Assembly: GCA_965203175.1 (NCBI GenBank)
Contig: OZ241867.1
Location: 2,528,001-2,592,000 of the forward strand
DNA: 64,000 bases
DNA from: Candidatus Latescibacterota bacterium
GTDB taxonomy: Bacteria; Latescibacterota; UBA2968; UBA8231
Reading direction: 5' to 3'
Position numbers and translations under genes: made by a program
Notes under the pieces: model-generated
What the model was told of the DNA's origin: nothing
Seen by the model: only the letters and a program-made list of their open reading frames with translations
The model's database searches: none
Shown: one piece after another, positions 18,434-27,541 of the stretch
Layout of the letters: every line of letters begins with the position of its first letter
Position numbering within the stretch: the first letter of the stretch is position 1

Positions 18434-20383
18434 CTAATATACAGGTGTTCGATTGCCGACCATGCCGGTAAAGCCATCCACCACCAGCCACAGGCCGGCG
18501 GCAACGAACTGGCCGAGCACGACCCCGACGAAAAAGGGGCGGGTGAGAAGGTACGTGCGGGGACCGCCGTATTTGAGGACGGTGATCTTGATGAGCCAAG
18601 CTAAGAAGATCGAAAACCAGATGCTGTTCATTACCCAACCGGTGCTCACGGCAAAGCCGAGCGGGTGAAAGGGCCACCACACGAAGAAGTGGCGGGCGGT
18701 CATCAAGCCGCCCATGATCAGAGCGCCAAAGCCCGTCCACAGCCACCCGACGAGGCTCGGCCCCGTGGGGTTGGCGAGCTTTTTCGCGGCAAAGTCCGAG
18801 GGATATCTGGCAAAGCCCGTGAAGTACTGAGGATGCAGATTGAGCGCGCCGTCGCGGTACGCTAGGTAGAGCATAAACCAGCAGGAGACCACGAGGCTGA
18901 TGAGCATGGCCGCGACAATCGCCCAAAAGAGCGGGCGGCGGGTACCCTTGATCACACTGCCCAAGCGCAGGCTGTTGGCTAGGGGCGCGGTCATAAAGAC
19001 CAACAGGTCCCCCGTCCAGACAAAGGAGTAGCCTGTGGCGACCATGCCCGGCGCACCGAGGGCGGGAACTCCAACGCCGGAAACGACAAAGCCGGCTGGG
19101 ACCATCTCTGGGGTTACGGTGGGCATGCCCGCTTCGGCGATGACGCGCGCTAGGCCGATGAATATGACCAGCGATGAGAACAGGAAAAAGGGCACGATCC
19201 AAGCCGGAATCCCGCTCTTCCACAGCCAGAAGCCCATCGTGCTGGCACCGCCGACGAAGAGCCAAAACGCGGCCCGATAGGAAAGGATCTCCGCAGAGTC
19301 GTCGATTCGGTCGTCGCCCCACAGGGCCTTGCGCAGGACGTTTTTGAGGTGGGGCCGCGCCGTCCACAGCCCATAGAACACCAAGACGATGAGCGCGCCC
19401 ATCATCTGATGCCCCATGATCGCGCCCACCGGCCCAGACCCAGTCCAAGGCCCCAACTCCTCAGGGCTGAAGATGCCGATGTAGCGGAAGATGCTTTCTT
19501 GTATTACGTGCAGCAGGTAGAAAAACCACAGGCTGAAGGCGATATTGGAGTTGATAAAGTACGCAAAGCCGAACATCAGAAAGTTGATGCGGATGTTGAG
19601 CGAGGCCGTGCGGTTGAATAGTTCGACGCTGGTCTGGAGGGCGAGGGAAGGGACGAAGTTGAAGTAGTGGTGCAGAGCGTTGGTGCTGTTGAACAAGAAG
19701 GGCAGTAGCAAACCGCACCACATGATGGGGTTGCGAAAAAAGGGTTTGAGGCTTTTTCGCTCGCCCTCGTCGTCTTGGATCATGGCGAGGGGGACTTGGG
19801 CCAGCGGAAAAACGAGGCGCTCGTTGTCAACCCACTGGCGGCGCAAGATGGATATGGCCGCGATAATGGTTGCGTAGAGCGCCGCGTAGAATGCAAACCA
19901 GCGTCCGAGCGGCTTGAGCCAGACGTCATAGGGGATGGCCGAGCCTTTGGTGCCCTCGTAAAATGCTTTTACCGCGACCGGGTCGTACACCACCATCCAA
20001 TCGGAGAGAAACGGGTGGACTAAGTCGGCCCATTGGTTTTCGGGAGTGGCGTAGTAGAAGGTGCCGGTGATCATGGGCAGCAGCATGCCCACTACGCCGC
20101 GCGTGGGGATGGCCGTGGCGACGGCCATCATGGCGAAGATGACGACCAACTCGCCGCGCCGAAAACCCCAGCGTCCCAAGGCGACTTGGACAGTCAGCAG
20201 CAGGACGAACAGCAAAAAGAACGCCGCTGGCGTGGCCGAGCTCAGCCCGAGACGCGAGCCTTGGATGACCATGCTGCCATAGGGAATGCCGATGGCAATG
20301 CCCAAGCTCAGCGCGGCACCGATGAGGATGCTCCGGCCCGTAATGGCGGCCGATGCATTGTCAGAAGAGTCGATTTCAGCCAT
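18434..20383 (-). CDS. Polytopic membrane protein, DUF6785/DUF6784-like (putative transporter)
   Basis: About 16 hydrophobic segments with LRRQWVDNERLVFPL, RVIAEAG, WWPFHPLG, LIKITVLKYGG and PFFVG. Confidence 0.75.
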   Translation of the reverse strand: MAEIDSSDNASAAITGRSILIGAALSLGIAIGIPYGSMVIQGSRLGLSSATPAAFFLLFVLLLTVQVALGRWGFRRGELVVIFAMMAVATAIPTRGVVGMLLPMITGTFYYATPENQWADLVHPFLSDWMVVYDPVAVKAFYEGTKGSAIPYDVWLKPLGRWFAFYAALYATIIAAISILRRQWVDNERLVFPLAQVPLAMIQDDEGERKSLKPFFRNPIMWCGLLLPFLFNSTNALHHYFNFVPSLALQTSVELFNRTASLNIRINFLMFGFAYFINSNIAFSLWFFYLLHVIQESIFRYIGIFSPEELGPWTGSGPVGAIMGHQMMGALIVLVFYGLWTARPHLKNVLRKALWGDDRIDDSAEILSYRAAFWLFVGGASTMGFWLWKSGIPAWIVPFFLFSSLVIFIGLARVIAEAGMPTVTPEMVPAGFVVSGVGVPALGAPGMVATGYSFVWTGDLLVFMTAPLANSLRLGSVIKGTRRPLFWAIVAAMLISLVVSCWFMLYLAYRDGALNLHPQYFTGFARYPSDFAAKKLANPTGPSLVGWLWTGFGALIMGGLMTARHFFVWWPFHPLGFAVSTGWVMNSIWFSIFLAWLIKITVLKYGGPRTYLLTRPFFVGVVLGQFVAAGLWLVVDGFTGMVGNRTPVY

Positions 20384-20398
20384 GTTTTTTAGGTGTTG

Positions 20399-21937
20399 AT
20401 GGACGCGCAAAACAAAGTAAAAACAACAAATAAGGCAAAAGGCCGGATCGTTGCTCTACTAGTTGGTCTGTCGCTCGTTGCGCTCTTTGAGGCGGGCTTG
20501 TGGCTGGTGGGCATCGGGCCGGACGACACCCTTTTTGTGGCCAGCGACTCGTCCTACCGCATCAATCCGCAGGCTGCGCGGCGCTTCTTCCCCCGTCAGT
20601 ACGTGCGCTTGGCCCCTGGGCAGGATCGCTTTGCTCGCGACAAAGACGCGAGCGCATTTCGCGTGTTCGCGCTGGGAGCTTCGACTCTGCTCGGCTTTCC
20701 CAACCCCGCCTATACTTCGTTTCCAAACTTCTTGCAACAGATGCTCGCCGATGCGTATCCAGCGCGCGAGATCGAGGTCGTCAATTGTGGCGTCACGGCC
20801 ATCAATTCCTTCGTCGTGCGCGAATTTGTCGAGGAGGTGGTCGAGTACGAGCCGGATCTGGTCCTGATATACGCTGGTCACAACGAGTTCGTGGGACCGT
20901 ACGGGGCCGCGACTCCGTTTGTGCGCCTGAGTGGCAACTGGTACTTCATCCAGTTGCAGATGTTCCTGCAGCGGACTAAGACCTACTACTTGCTCGACAG
21001 TCTGCTGCACTACGTCGTGGCTGCACTGCGTCCCGCTGCACCTGCCGAGTCCTTTGGCGTGCACTTGGTGCAGCGCGAGATTTACTTGGAGGACGAGGCG
21101 CACCGGCAGACCGAGGCCCATTACCAGCGCAATATGACCGAGATAGTCGAGATGCTGCGCGAGCGCGAGGTGCCGGTCGCGCTCTGTACGCTGGTTTCCA
21201 ATTTGGCTGGATTTTATCCCTTGCGCTCGCAGGGATCGGTCCCACCGGACGCTACATCTGCGGATTATCCACAGCACGCGGGCCTGCACTTTGACGCGGG
21301 CTTGGCGCATCAAGCGGCTGGAGATTCAGCGCAGGCGCTCGCCGCGTTTGTGCACGCCCGCGATTTAGACGGCATTCACCTGCGGGCCTGCTCGCCTTTC
21401 AACCGCGCCATCCGCACCTTGGCCGCTGAGTCGGGTGCGATCTTGATCGATGTGGAGCAGACGTTTGCCGCCCATGCGCCGGCTGGTTTGGTCGGCGACG
21501 AGCTGATCACCGAGTATTTGCATCCCACGGTGTGGGGCCACTACCTGATCGCGCAGACTATAATGACGACCCTATTTGCGCGGGAGGATGCGCTGGGTTT
21601 GGCGGAGGGTCGTGCGGATGCCTTGGACGATTTTGCCGGATATTGCCGCCGTTTGGGCTACGGAGTCCGCGAGCGCGTGCTAGCGCGCAACGACCTAATC
21701 CTGCTGCTGAAGAACATGCCGTACGCCGAGCGGCCACCGATCTTAGAGCGGCGGCTCGCGCATTTAGTCGGCGAGCAGCTAGCCGACCTGCCCAAGCTGA
21801 GCTACGCGCAGATTGCGGATTTTGCCCATCGCGGCGGCGTGGCCTTCTTGGCGGCTGTCATCGCCGACCTCGCCGACCCACAGCCGCTGGCTGATGCGCT
21901 AGATGAGTTGGTTGGGCCGTTGGGGTTAGCCCCCTAG
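20399..21937 (+). CDS. Membrane-anchored SGNH/GDSL hydrolase family protein
   Basis: N-terminal TM; RVFALGAST, EVVNCG, YAGHNEF and EYLHP blocks. Start is uncertain. Confidence 0.7.
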   Translation: MDAQNKVKTTNKAKGRIVALLVGLSLVALFEAGLWLVGIGPDDTLFVASDSSYRINPQAARRFFPRQYVRLAPGQDRFARDKDASAFRVFALGASTLLGFPNPAYTSFPNFLQQMLADAYPAREIEVVNCGVTAINSFVVREFVEEVVEYEPDLVLIYAGHNEFVGPYGAATPFVRLSGNWYFIQLQMFLQRTKTYYLLDSLLHYVVAALRPAAPAESFGVHLVQREIYLEDEAHRQTEAHYQRNMTEIVEMLREREVPVALCTLVSNLAGFYPLRSQGSVPPDATSADYPQHAGLHFDAGLAHQAAGDSAQALAAFVHARDLDGIHLRACSPFNRAIRTLAAESGAILIDVEQTFAAHAPAGLVGDELITEYLHPTVWGHYLIAQTIMTTLFAREDALGLAEGRADALDDFAGYCRRLGYGVRERVLARNDLILLLKNMPYAERPPILERRLAHLVGEQLADLPKLSYAQIADFAHRGGVAFLAAVIADLADPQPLADALDELVGPLGLAP

Positions 21938-22944
21938 TCGAGCAGGGCTTCTCCGTAGGCGAATAGCAGCGGCGTTCCGCCGGTGTGGACGAAGACGATG
22001 TTTTCGCTGTCGCGGAAACGCCCTTGGCGCACCTGATCGATTAGGCAGGCCAATCCCTTGCCCGAGTAGGTTGGATCGACGAGGATGCCCTCGCTTTGGG
22101 CGAGGAGGCGGATGCTGTCGAGCGTGGCGCGGTCCAAATGGCCGAAGCCCGGGCCGACGTACTCATCGGTCACGGCGATGCGCTCTGGGGCGGGCGCGCA
22201 TTCGAGGCCGAGGTGGGCCGCGGCTTCCGCAGCGGATTGCGCAAGGCGCTCAGACACTCCTTCGCGCTGGCCCATCTTGCTCTGGGGCGTGCCGAGGAAG
22301 CGGGCCGAGTGCCCCAAGAGGGCAAAGCCGGCTACCAACCCGGCCAAGCTGGTCCCTCCCGACCCGATTACCACGTCGTCGGCTTGGATGCCTGCGGCGC
22401 TCAGTTGGGTTTCGATTTCCAAGGCACATTGGATATAGGCAACGCGCGACAACAGGCCGGACAGGCCACTGAAAGGTTTGTACCCCTCTTCTTTGAGTCG
22501 CTCCACTTCCTCAGCTATGGTTGCGCCGACGCCCTCGGGCGGAGCAAAGCGGATGCGCGCCCCGCATAGCTGGTCTAAAAGGTGGTTGCCTTGGACTGGC
22601 GACTTGCGCCCCATGATGGAATCGTTCTCGCGCAGGACGACGACGCCTTTGAGGCCGAGCTGGGCGCAGGCCGCGGCGAATTGGCGGCAGTGATTGGACT
22701 GAACGACTGCGCTCATTACGGCCGCGTCGCAGCCTTGAGCCGTGCCCTCGGCGAGCGTGAATTCGAGGTAGCGGGATTTGTTGCCGCCAAAGGCGAGGCC
22801 GGTCAGATCGTCGCGCTTGATCCATATCTGCGGCCCTTCGAGCGCGGCCGATAGCCGCGGACAGTGCTGTAAGGGCGTTGGCAAATGCGTCAGGCGGTGG
22901 CGGGGCAGCGCGTCAATGGCGCGTTGGATCGCTTGGATGTCCAT
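21934..22944 (-). CDS. D-cysteine desulfhydrase / ACC deaminase family PLP enzyme
   Basis: IKRDDLTGLAFGGNKSR, QSNHCRQ, DPTYSGK and VFVHTGG. Confidence 0.9.
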   Translation of the reverse strand: MDIQAIQRAIDALPRHRLTHLPTPLQHCPRLSAALEGPQIWIKRDDLTGLAFGGNKSRYLEFTLAEGTAQGCDAAVMSAVVQSNHCRQFAAACAQLGLKGVVVLRENDSIMGRKSPVQGNHLLDQLCGARIRFAPPEGVGATIAEEVERLKEEGYKPFSGLSGLLSRVAYIQCALEIETQLSAAGIQADDVVIGSGGTSLAGLVAGFALLGHSARFLGTPQSKMGQREGVSERLAQSAAEAAAHLGLECAPAPERIAVTDEYVGPGFGHLDRATLDSIRLLAQSEGILVDPTYSGKGLACLIDQVRQGRFRDSENIVFVHTGGTPLLFAYGEALLD

Positions 22945-22958
22945 GTTGTTAGCTCCTT

Positions 22959-22993
22959 GGAATTAGGAATTAGGGATTAGGAATTGCGGATTG
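22959..22993. repeat. Heptamer tandem repeat, GGAATTA-like x5
   Basis: GGAATTA GGAATTA GGGATTA GGAATTG CGGATTG in an intergenic spacer. Confidence 0.85.
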
Positions 22994-23004
22994 TGGATAT
23001 GTTC

Positions 23005-24177
23005 CTATTTCCACAGTTCTCGGCGGGAGCCAATCCATTCGAGATGGGCGCGGCGGATGAGGCCGTAGTTGTAGAAGGCGTAGCCATTGACGCCCGCTTG
23101 GTGCAGCGCGGTCAGGTGCGTGCCGAGTGCGTCGCTATCGGCGAATCCCCCAGGGTTGACTATGGCGCTTAGGTCGGTGTCGGCTGGGAATTCGCCGCGC
23201 AGGGTGCGGACGCTAGCGGCTAGGGCGTCTGGCTCGCCGCCCACGCCGGCGTTGACCATGTACACGTTGCGGAGGACGCGATCTGAGTCAAGCCCATTGA
23301 CGGTTCGGTCGCGGCCACCGAAGAACGAGGCGCGCGCGCCGGCTTGGTTGGCGATGGCAATGGCTTCCTCCACTAGCGAAGTTGCCGCTTCGACGCGGGC
23401 ATTGAGGAAAGTCTGCAAGCGGCCGGAAAAGGCGGTGGCGAGGAATTCGGCGCTGGGAGGCTGCATGTCTTCTGGGGTAGGCTCGGAGGAGAGTTCGCGT
23501 GCGAGGTATTCGGCGACATCTGCGCGGAAGCCCTCTCCGTCTAAGCCGAGGGCACCGGCCCGTTGCAAGCAGTGCTGGCAGTAGCACAATCCCATCAGCA
23601 GTTCGCAGAAGGGCGTGATCTTTACGCCGACTTTGGGATTGCGGAAGCCGTAGCTGAAGTGCAGGTAGCCCAGTGATTCAAGGTGGAATTCGTCGGGCTG
23701 GAACTGCGCGGCTATATCGCGGCAGAGTGCGCGCGCGTAATCGCGCACCAAGGGGCTGGCTGGGCATAGCTGGGCGAAGTTGATGTGTCCAAAGGGATCG
23801 TGCTTGGCCGCGTCTGGATAGCGCTGGGGCAGGTAGTGGTTGTAGTTGAAGACCAGCCAACTCGTCAGGTCGAGGCCGCGCGCTCTGATTTTGTCCGCGA
23901 TCCGGCGCATGTAATCCGGGCCATCGACGACTTTGCTGATCAGGGGCTCGATGTGGCTCTCTTCGTAAAAGGCGGCGGACGGTTGGAAGTAGAGCGCGCC
24001 TTCTTCTCCCCAGTAGAGGGGCCGCCGGGGATTGTGCGGCAGGAAGTACGTCGATACGTGGTAGCTTTGGGCTAGGCTGACGCTGTTGAGGCCGGCTGTG
24101 TGGGCGATGGTGTCTAAGGCCGAGTCAATGCCTTCGTCGGTCAAGTCCCAGGGGTATGTGTATATGGTCGCTCGCAT
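23005..24177 (-). CDS. Hypothetical glycoside-hydrolase-like (GHL10/DUF187-like) TIM-barrel protein
   Basis: IYTYPWD, SYH, LCPASP.VR, FHLESLGY, CYCQHC and YAFYNYG; ATG 24177 after AAGGA. Confidence 0.6.
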   Translation of the reverse strand: MRATIYTYPWDLTDEGIDSALDTIAHTAGLNSVSLAQSYHVSTYFLPHNPRRPLYWGEEGALYFQPSAAFYEESHIEPLISKVVDGPDYMRRIADKIRARGLDLTSWLVFNYNHYLPQRYPDAAKHDPFGHINFAQLCPASPLVRDYARALCRDIAAQFQPDEFHLESLGYLHFSYGFRNPKVGVKITPFCELLMGLCYCQHCLQRAGALGLDGEGFRADVAEYLARELSSEPTPEDMQPPSAEFLATAFSGRLQTFLNARVEAATSLVEEAIAIANQAGARASFFGGRDRTVNGLDSDRVLRNVYMVNAGVGGEPDALAASVRTLRGEFPADTDLSAIVNPGGFADSDALGTHLTALHQAGVNGYAFYNYGLIRRAHLEWIGSRRELWK

Positions 24178-24230
24178 GGGGTTGTTTCCTTGTTTTGTAA
24201 TCGTCTTTCCCGAGGAACTCATCATTCTTC

Positions 24231-24803
24231 TCATGTGGTGCGGATAGCGGCTTCGAGACGCTGGGCAAGGTTATCGAAATCATCGGGACATTTCTGCCGA
24301 ATCGCGTCGATCCGTCGGGACGCTTCTTCTCCCAGATGCTTTCGACCACCGCCTAACGCGTCCGATAGTCCGCGTTGGGAGGCGAGCGGTTCGAAGTAAA
24401 TTTCCTTGACTTGTACTTCCGCTCGAACGGTCCTCCAATCCCAATTTCCGGGCAAATCTAAGCCCGCGAGGAGCCAAGTTTCAATCTCTTCCCAAGCGTT
24501 CTCAGCCAAGAATACCCGAACATCCCCAAACTCCGCTTCGATCTGGTCGAGTCTCTGACGTCGCCCTTTCTCGCCGTCCCGGTCTATGCACAGGATGAAG
24601 ATATCCGTCATGCCTCCGTGTTTTCCGATGACTTCTGCAATGCGCTCTGATTTTAGCGCTTCCCCGATGCCGCCAAGCAGCGGATCACGGCAAACGTCAA
24701 CATGTACACGCCGCTTAACAATGGATTGAAAGAGCCGTGAGAAAAGGGGTTTTAGAATGTACTGGTCGTTGCGGAAGTCTTCGGGAATGATGAGAACATT
24801 CAT
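24231..24803 (-). CDS. TOPRIM-like (DUF4276/RloB-like) putative nuclease
   Basis: VLIIPED N-terminal acidic motif, CIDRDG DxD motif and EIETWLL; ATGA overlap with the upstream ATPase. Confidence 0.6.
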   Translation of the reverse strand: MNVLIIPEDFRNDQYILKPLFSRLFQSIVKRRVHVDVCRDPLLGGIGEALKSERIAEVIGKHGGMTDIFILCIDRDGEKGRRQRLDQIEAEFGDVRVFLAENAWEEIETWLLAGLDLPGNWDWRTVRAEVQVKEIYFEPLASQRGLSDALGGGRKHLGEEASRRIDAIRQKCPDDFDNLAQRLEAAIRTT

Positions 24804-26068
24804 TCTCCATCCCCCTCCGCTTCGTCGTGGTTCTCGGTGAAGGCAAGTGCGGTTTCCATCCAGCCTTCGGTAAGCAGCCCTCCCAATCCTCTCCCAGACT
24901 TGCGCAATTTCTTGGCGTCGGGCAGTTCGGCAACCGGGCGGATGATGGCGTCGTGTAAGTCTTCCAGCCGGCAGACGACGGACATATTCTCGAACGTGCT
25001 GTCGTTGACAAAGGTCAATAGGTCCGACGCATGAGTGGTGGTCATTATTTGAATATTGCTCTTAGCGGCCTGCTTTTCGATCAGTTCGAGCAAGAGCCAT
25101 TGCCGTGCCGGGTGAATGCCGGTATCGATTTCCTCGAAGAAATACAGTCCCTTGGGGTTTTCGCCGAGCAGTACAGACAGCATGGCGAGAAAACGCAGCG
25201 TGCCATCCGATGCGCTATAAGCCGACACCTTTCTGCCGTTTGACTCGCATAGCGTGAGATGGACCCGACCACTAGGATCGCGCGGGAACTCGAAGTCGGC
25301 CACATCCATAGGTGTGAGTTCGCTTAACCAATCGGCGAGAATCTCTTTGCGCTTGGGGTCGGAGCAGATGTCCTCCAGCACCACCGGCAAATTCTCGCCG
25401 GAGTCGCCCAAGACAGTCGCGCCGGGAAAGGCCGGTTCTCGCATCTGGTCCGGTGACGGTTCCAAAAAGCGCATGTTGGCAAAGATGTCGATTATCTGTT
25501 GGATGTACGGTTCAAGGCGTTTTTTAAAGGGGCGAGTCATTGATATGAACTCTCCCATTTTCTCGAGCGCTGGTTCAAACTTGATCTGGATTTTGGGGTC
25601 TTCCTCTTTAATGGCCAAAAACAGGTTGAGAAGTAGAGGGAAGGCGTCGGATTGTGTTTGGACGGAATCGTCTGGGTCGGGATTGCTTTTAACGTAGAAG
25701 GAAGGACCCATAAGTCCTTCATTGGTGAACCGGAATTCATTGGGGCCTTCTTTGTCGTTACTAACCTCGATCAGGTAACATATGTCTGTATCTTCTAATC
25801 TCATACGGACCTCAATAGAAAACGCAGTCTGCCCGAACCGGACGATCTCATTCGCCGCACCGCGAATCGGTTTCCAGTCTGCCCCGTATTTGCCGCCGAT
25901 GATCTCCGCCAATGAGTATCCCCGGCCCATACCGTGTAGGAAGCGGAAGGCGTCGCGGATATTGCTCTTACCGCTGGCGTTTGCGCCTACGATTACGGTG
26001 AACGGACCGACGCGCAGGGTCTCGTCGGCGAAGTTTTTGAAATTCACGAGGCGAATCGATTTAATCAT
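24800..26068 (-). CDS. ABC/SMC-type ATPase (AAA_21-like)
   Basis: NFKNF, Walker A GANASGKS, signature SDGTLR, Walker B FFEEIDTGIHP and H-loop TTH. Confidence 0.9.
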   Translation of the reverse strand: MIKSIRLVNFKNFADETLRVGPFTVIVGANASGKSNIRDAFRFLHGMGRGYSLAEIIGGKYGADWKPIRGAANEIVRFGQTAFSIEVRMRLEDTDICYLIEVSNDKEGPNEFRFTNEGLMGPSFYVKSNPDPDDSVQTQSDAFPLLLNLFLAIKEEDPKIQIKFEPALEKMGEFISMTRPFKKRLEPYIQQIIDIFANMRFLEPSPDQMREPAFPGATVLGDSGENLPVVLEDICSDPKRKEILADWLSELTPMDVADFEFPRDPSGRVHLTLCESNGRKVSAYSASDGTLRFLAMLSVLLGENPKGLYFFEEIDTGIHPARQWLLLELIEKQAAKSNIQIMTTTHASDLLTFVNDSTFENMSVVCRLEDLHDAIIRPVAELPDAKKLRKSGRGLGGLLTEGWMETALAFTENHDEAEGDGE

Positions 26069-26166
26069 CGGACTTTCTCCGGTTGACTATTCACCCGATA
26101 CTCGGCTTTCGATAGGCTTAGTGAGAACGGAAGAGAAGTCATCGGGATTTGTCTAAACAGGGCTTT

Positions 26167-26604
26167 TCACGCGAACTCATACAGAGGCACTGTACTTACT
26201 GGTTGATGCTTATCTTGAAGTAGAGCCTCGATTTTGCGAACTGTTTCCGGCCTCATCAGCACGTCTCCGCATACAGAACAAATATCAGCCGGAACGTGGT
26301 CAATGACCATTACTTTACCATGGTGCCGCACGGGGTGTATGATTTTTTTCGCTTCGTATTCTCCCGGACATCCATCAATACGGCATTTCATGGCGCGTTT
26401 CTTGCGACTATCTGCGATCTCATCGCTGTATGTTCCATCGGCCTTCTCCCAGACAACTTTACCATCCTTGAACACAACTACCGCACTGCCAGTTTCCGCA
26501 GCTCGTTGGCGCACGCGTTCAGCAGCCCTACGCAGGGCAATCTCAGCACCGACAAGGTCTGGGTCTCGTGGTTTCTTGATCGACTTTTGATTCTGCGAAC
26601 ACAT
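26167..26604 (-). CDS. Fusion of a small hypothetical protein with a C-terminal YgiT-type (MqsA-like) zinc finger
   Basis: C-terminal MKCRIDGC...VIDHVPADICSVCGD...V..IE is a YgiT-type finger with its own ATG at 26391; the N-terminal ALRRAAERVR...VVFKDGKVV reads through in frame. Confidence 0.65.
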   Translation of the reverse strand: MCSQNQKSIKKPRDPDLVGAEIALRRAAERVRQRAAETGSAVVVFKDGKVVWEKADGTYSDEIADSRKKRAMKCRIDGCPGEYEAKKIIHPVRHHGKVMVIDHVPADICSVCGDVLMRPETVRKIEALLQDKHQPVSTVPLYEFA

Positions 26605-26725
26605 CTCAATTTACCTCTCAGCCAATAATACAGGAATCTACCCGAATTATCGAGAATAGCCTGCTCATCTACAAGCCCTCGATAGATTAACTCAAAGTTG
26701 TGCCAGTTCGCTAAAAACCGCGCCG

Positions 26726-27541
26726 CTATTCCTTCACCGCACCAGCCGTCAGCCCCTGCGTGAAAAATCGCTGGGTGAAAAGAAAGAACATCACCGTCGG
26801 CACCAAGGCGATGATCGAGGCCGCTGAGATGTAGCGCCAGTTGACGCCAAAGACGCCTTGGAGGCTGGCCAACCCCAATTGCAGGGTGTACAGCTCGCGG
26901 CTTTTGAGCACCACCAGCGGCCACAGGAAGTCGTTCCACTGGGCCACGAACGTAAAGGCTGCCTGCGCGGCGAGGGCTGGTTTGACGAGGGGCATCATAA
27001 TGCGCGCATAGATGGTCCACGGGCCGCAGCCGTCGATGCGGGCGGCGTCTTCTAAGTCGGTGGGAATGGTGGTGAAGGCTTGGCGCAGGAGGAAGATGCC
27101 AAAGGCGTTGACCGCCACCGGCAGGATGACGCCGGCGTACGAATCCACGAGGCCGAGCTTTAAGGTGACGATGAAGAGCGGGATTAAGAGGACTTGGAAC
27201 GGCACCATGGTCGTGGCCAAGATGCAGTAGAAAATGGCTTGGCGGCCGCGAAAGTGCATACGGGCAAGGGCGTAGCCGGCCAGCGAGCAGCACGTCAAGT
27301 TGAGCAGGACCGTGGCGATGGCGATGTAGAAGGTGTTGAAGAGGTAGCGCATAAACGGGAGGATGTTCCAAGCCTTGGCAAAGTTGCCCCAGACGATGGG
27401 GTCGGGAATCCACTGCGGCGGATGGGCGAACAGATCGGCCGACTCGGCTTTGAGCGCGGTGGACAGCAGCCAGGCGAAAGGGGCGAGCAAGACCGCGCCG
27501 ACTGCGCACAGGATTACATAGAGCAGAATGCGCTGGACCAT
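26726..27541 (-). CDS. Carbohydrate ABC transporter permease (MalG-like)
   Basis: EAA loop IPTDLEDAARIDG, WNDFLWPL and QRFF.QG; start overlaps the upstream stop (TGATG). The ORF-track start at 28315 is over-extended. Confidence 0.92.
   Translation of the reverse strand: MVQRILLYVILCAVGAVLLAPFAWLLSTALKAESADLFAHPPQWIPDPIVWGNFAKAWNILPFMRYLFNTFYIAIATVLLNLTCCSLAGYALARMHFRGRQAIFYCILATTMVPFQVLLIPLFIVTLKLGLVDSYAGVILPVAVNAFGIFLLRQAFTTIPTDLEDAARIDGCGPWTIYARIMMPLVKPALAAQAAFTFVAQWNDFLWPLVVLKSRELYTLQLGLASLQGVFGVNWRYISAASIIALVPTVMFFLFTQRFFTQGLTAGAVKE

Noticed and set aside
20384-20398. Only 15 nt between the divergent starts of the DUF6785-like and SGNH genes
   Set aside because: More likely reflects an uncertain SGNH start codon than real biology; it cannot be resolved from sequence alone.
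24231-26700. Calling the lower-GC insert a mobile element or prophage
   Set aside because: No integrase, transposase, terminal repeats or target duplication were found.
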